This document shows positions 63,243 through 64,000 of a stretch of DNA of 64,000 nt, in pieces. The position numbers and the translations under genes were made by a program. The DNA lies in NCBI GenBank assembly GCA_012295275.1, contig CM022667.1, positions 15,252,001 through 15,316,000 on the forward strand, given 5' to 3'. How positions within the stretch are numbered: the stretch's first letter is position 1; each line of letters opens with the position of its first letter. Below the pieces are notes generated by a model. That model searched no databases, had not been told where the DNA came from, and worked only from the letters and a program-made list of their open reading frames with translations. The DNA comes from Chrysomallon squamiferum (lineage: Eukaryota > Animalia > Mollusca).

Positions 63243-64000
63243 TCACAGCTGAACAAACTAGATAATCTACTGTGAAATAAGTCTGTATATTTGCCTGCGC
63301 TTTCCTTGTACGTGTAATAAAGTTTTCTAAAGTTAACTTCTGTTGTTATGATTCATTTACAAAAGATTCACCGTAGATCGGACGCAGCTTTCAGAACGAT
63401 CTCTCTTAGGTGTATGACTCTTCAACTCTGTATCTCTCTACTATATTTTACACACAAACGTTTGATCCATTCACGTTTGTCCACAAACCAGTCTATCTGC
63501 TGTCCTTCTTCTATGTCTTCTATTACAGTTCCAGTTTCAAAAATATATCTTCCAGTGAGGATGTGACCATTTGAAATTACCATTTTTATTTGCGCTGTTT
63601 CAGGTAAATTAAAAACATTGACGTCGAAAGGCTCTTTTGACATCTCATAATCAATCAATGACATTATGTCCATGAATATACACAGCATTCATAGTTAAAA
63701 ATCACATGCTAACATTATTCTCAGTCGATGACTACTAAGTAAAATAAATTATTTACAGAACTATGGATACCGTTACCAATTTTATCTACTATTAATATTT
63801 TAATCCATCAATCATCAGTGCATCAGTTAATCACTACACGTGTAAATGTTCTTATTCCGGACATTTCTTTGATAACGTTCATTACTATTTGCAGATGTCA
63901 AGTAAAAGGTGCTTTAAACGAGACGAATTCGACAGAGGATACCTGCAGCATTTGTGGTACTTCCTAGCTTTTAGAATATTTGAACATTTCCTGTTTTCAC
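63243..64000 (-). pseudogene. Decayed A5-type exon 3 (mirror of 30760-31517)
   Basis: The 88-aa ORF is identical to 31072-31338. Confidence 0.85.

Larger units (their letters stand above)
54216..64000. repeat. Right arm of the near-identical inverted duplication (continues past the window end)
   Basis: Reverse complement of 30760-40504 with scattered SNPs and indels. Confidence 0.92.

Overview
AT-rich, microsatellite-dense eukaryotic (animal, mollusc/cephalopod-like by composition only) DNA with GT-AG introns and one 200-N scaffold gap (40505-40704). Almost all coding sequence belongs to two interleaved families of secreted proteins that I cannot name. Family A has 3 coding exons and ~600 aa: signal peptide + Cys-rich PAN/apple-like domain, a 94-nt EGF-like exon, and one large exon with four ~110-120 aa repeats of an unrecognised module. 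There are 2 intact copies (22087-24917, 44885-47522), 3 frameshifted near-full copies and about 6 decayed fragments. Family G/H encodes signal peptide + Gly/Leu/Asp/Ser repeats + a Glu/Lys-rich helical tail. G and H sit as divergent head-to-head pairs: G has D-x-L-S-G repeats (proteoglycan-core-like) and H has D-G-L-S-D-N repeats. The first ~30 kb is an old mirror-image duplication centred on the G/H pair. The segments 30.8-40.5 kb and 54.2-64 kb are a near-identical inverted pair that ends at the gap, probably a haplotype or orientation artefact. Decayed Tc1-like and KRBA2/SCAND3-like integrase transposons are also present. All exon models were read by eye and have no expression support.
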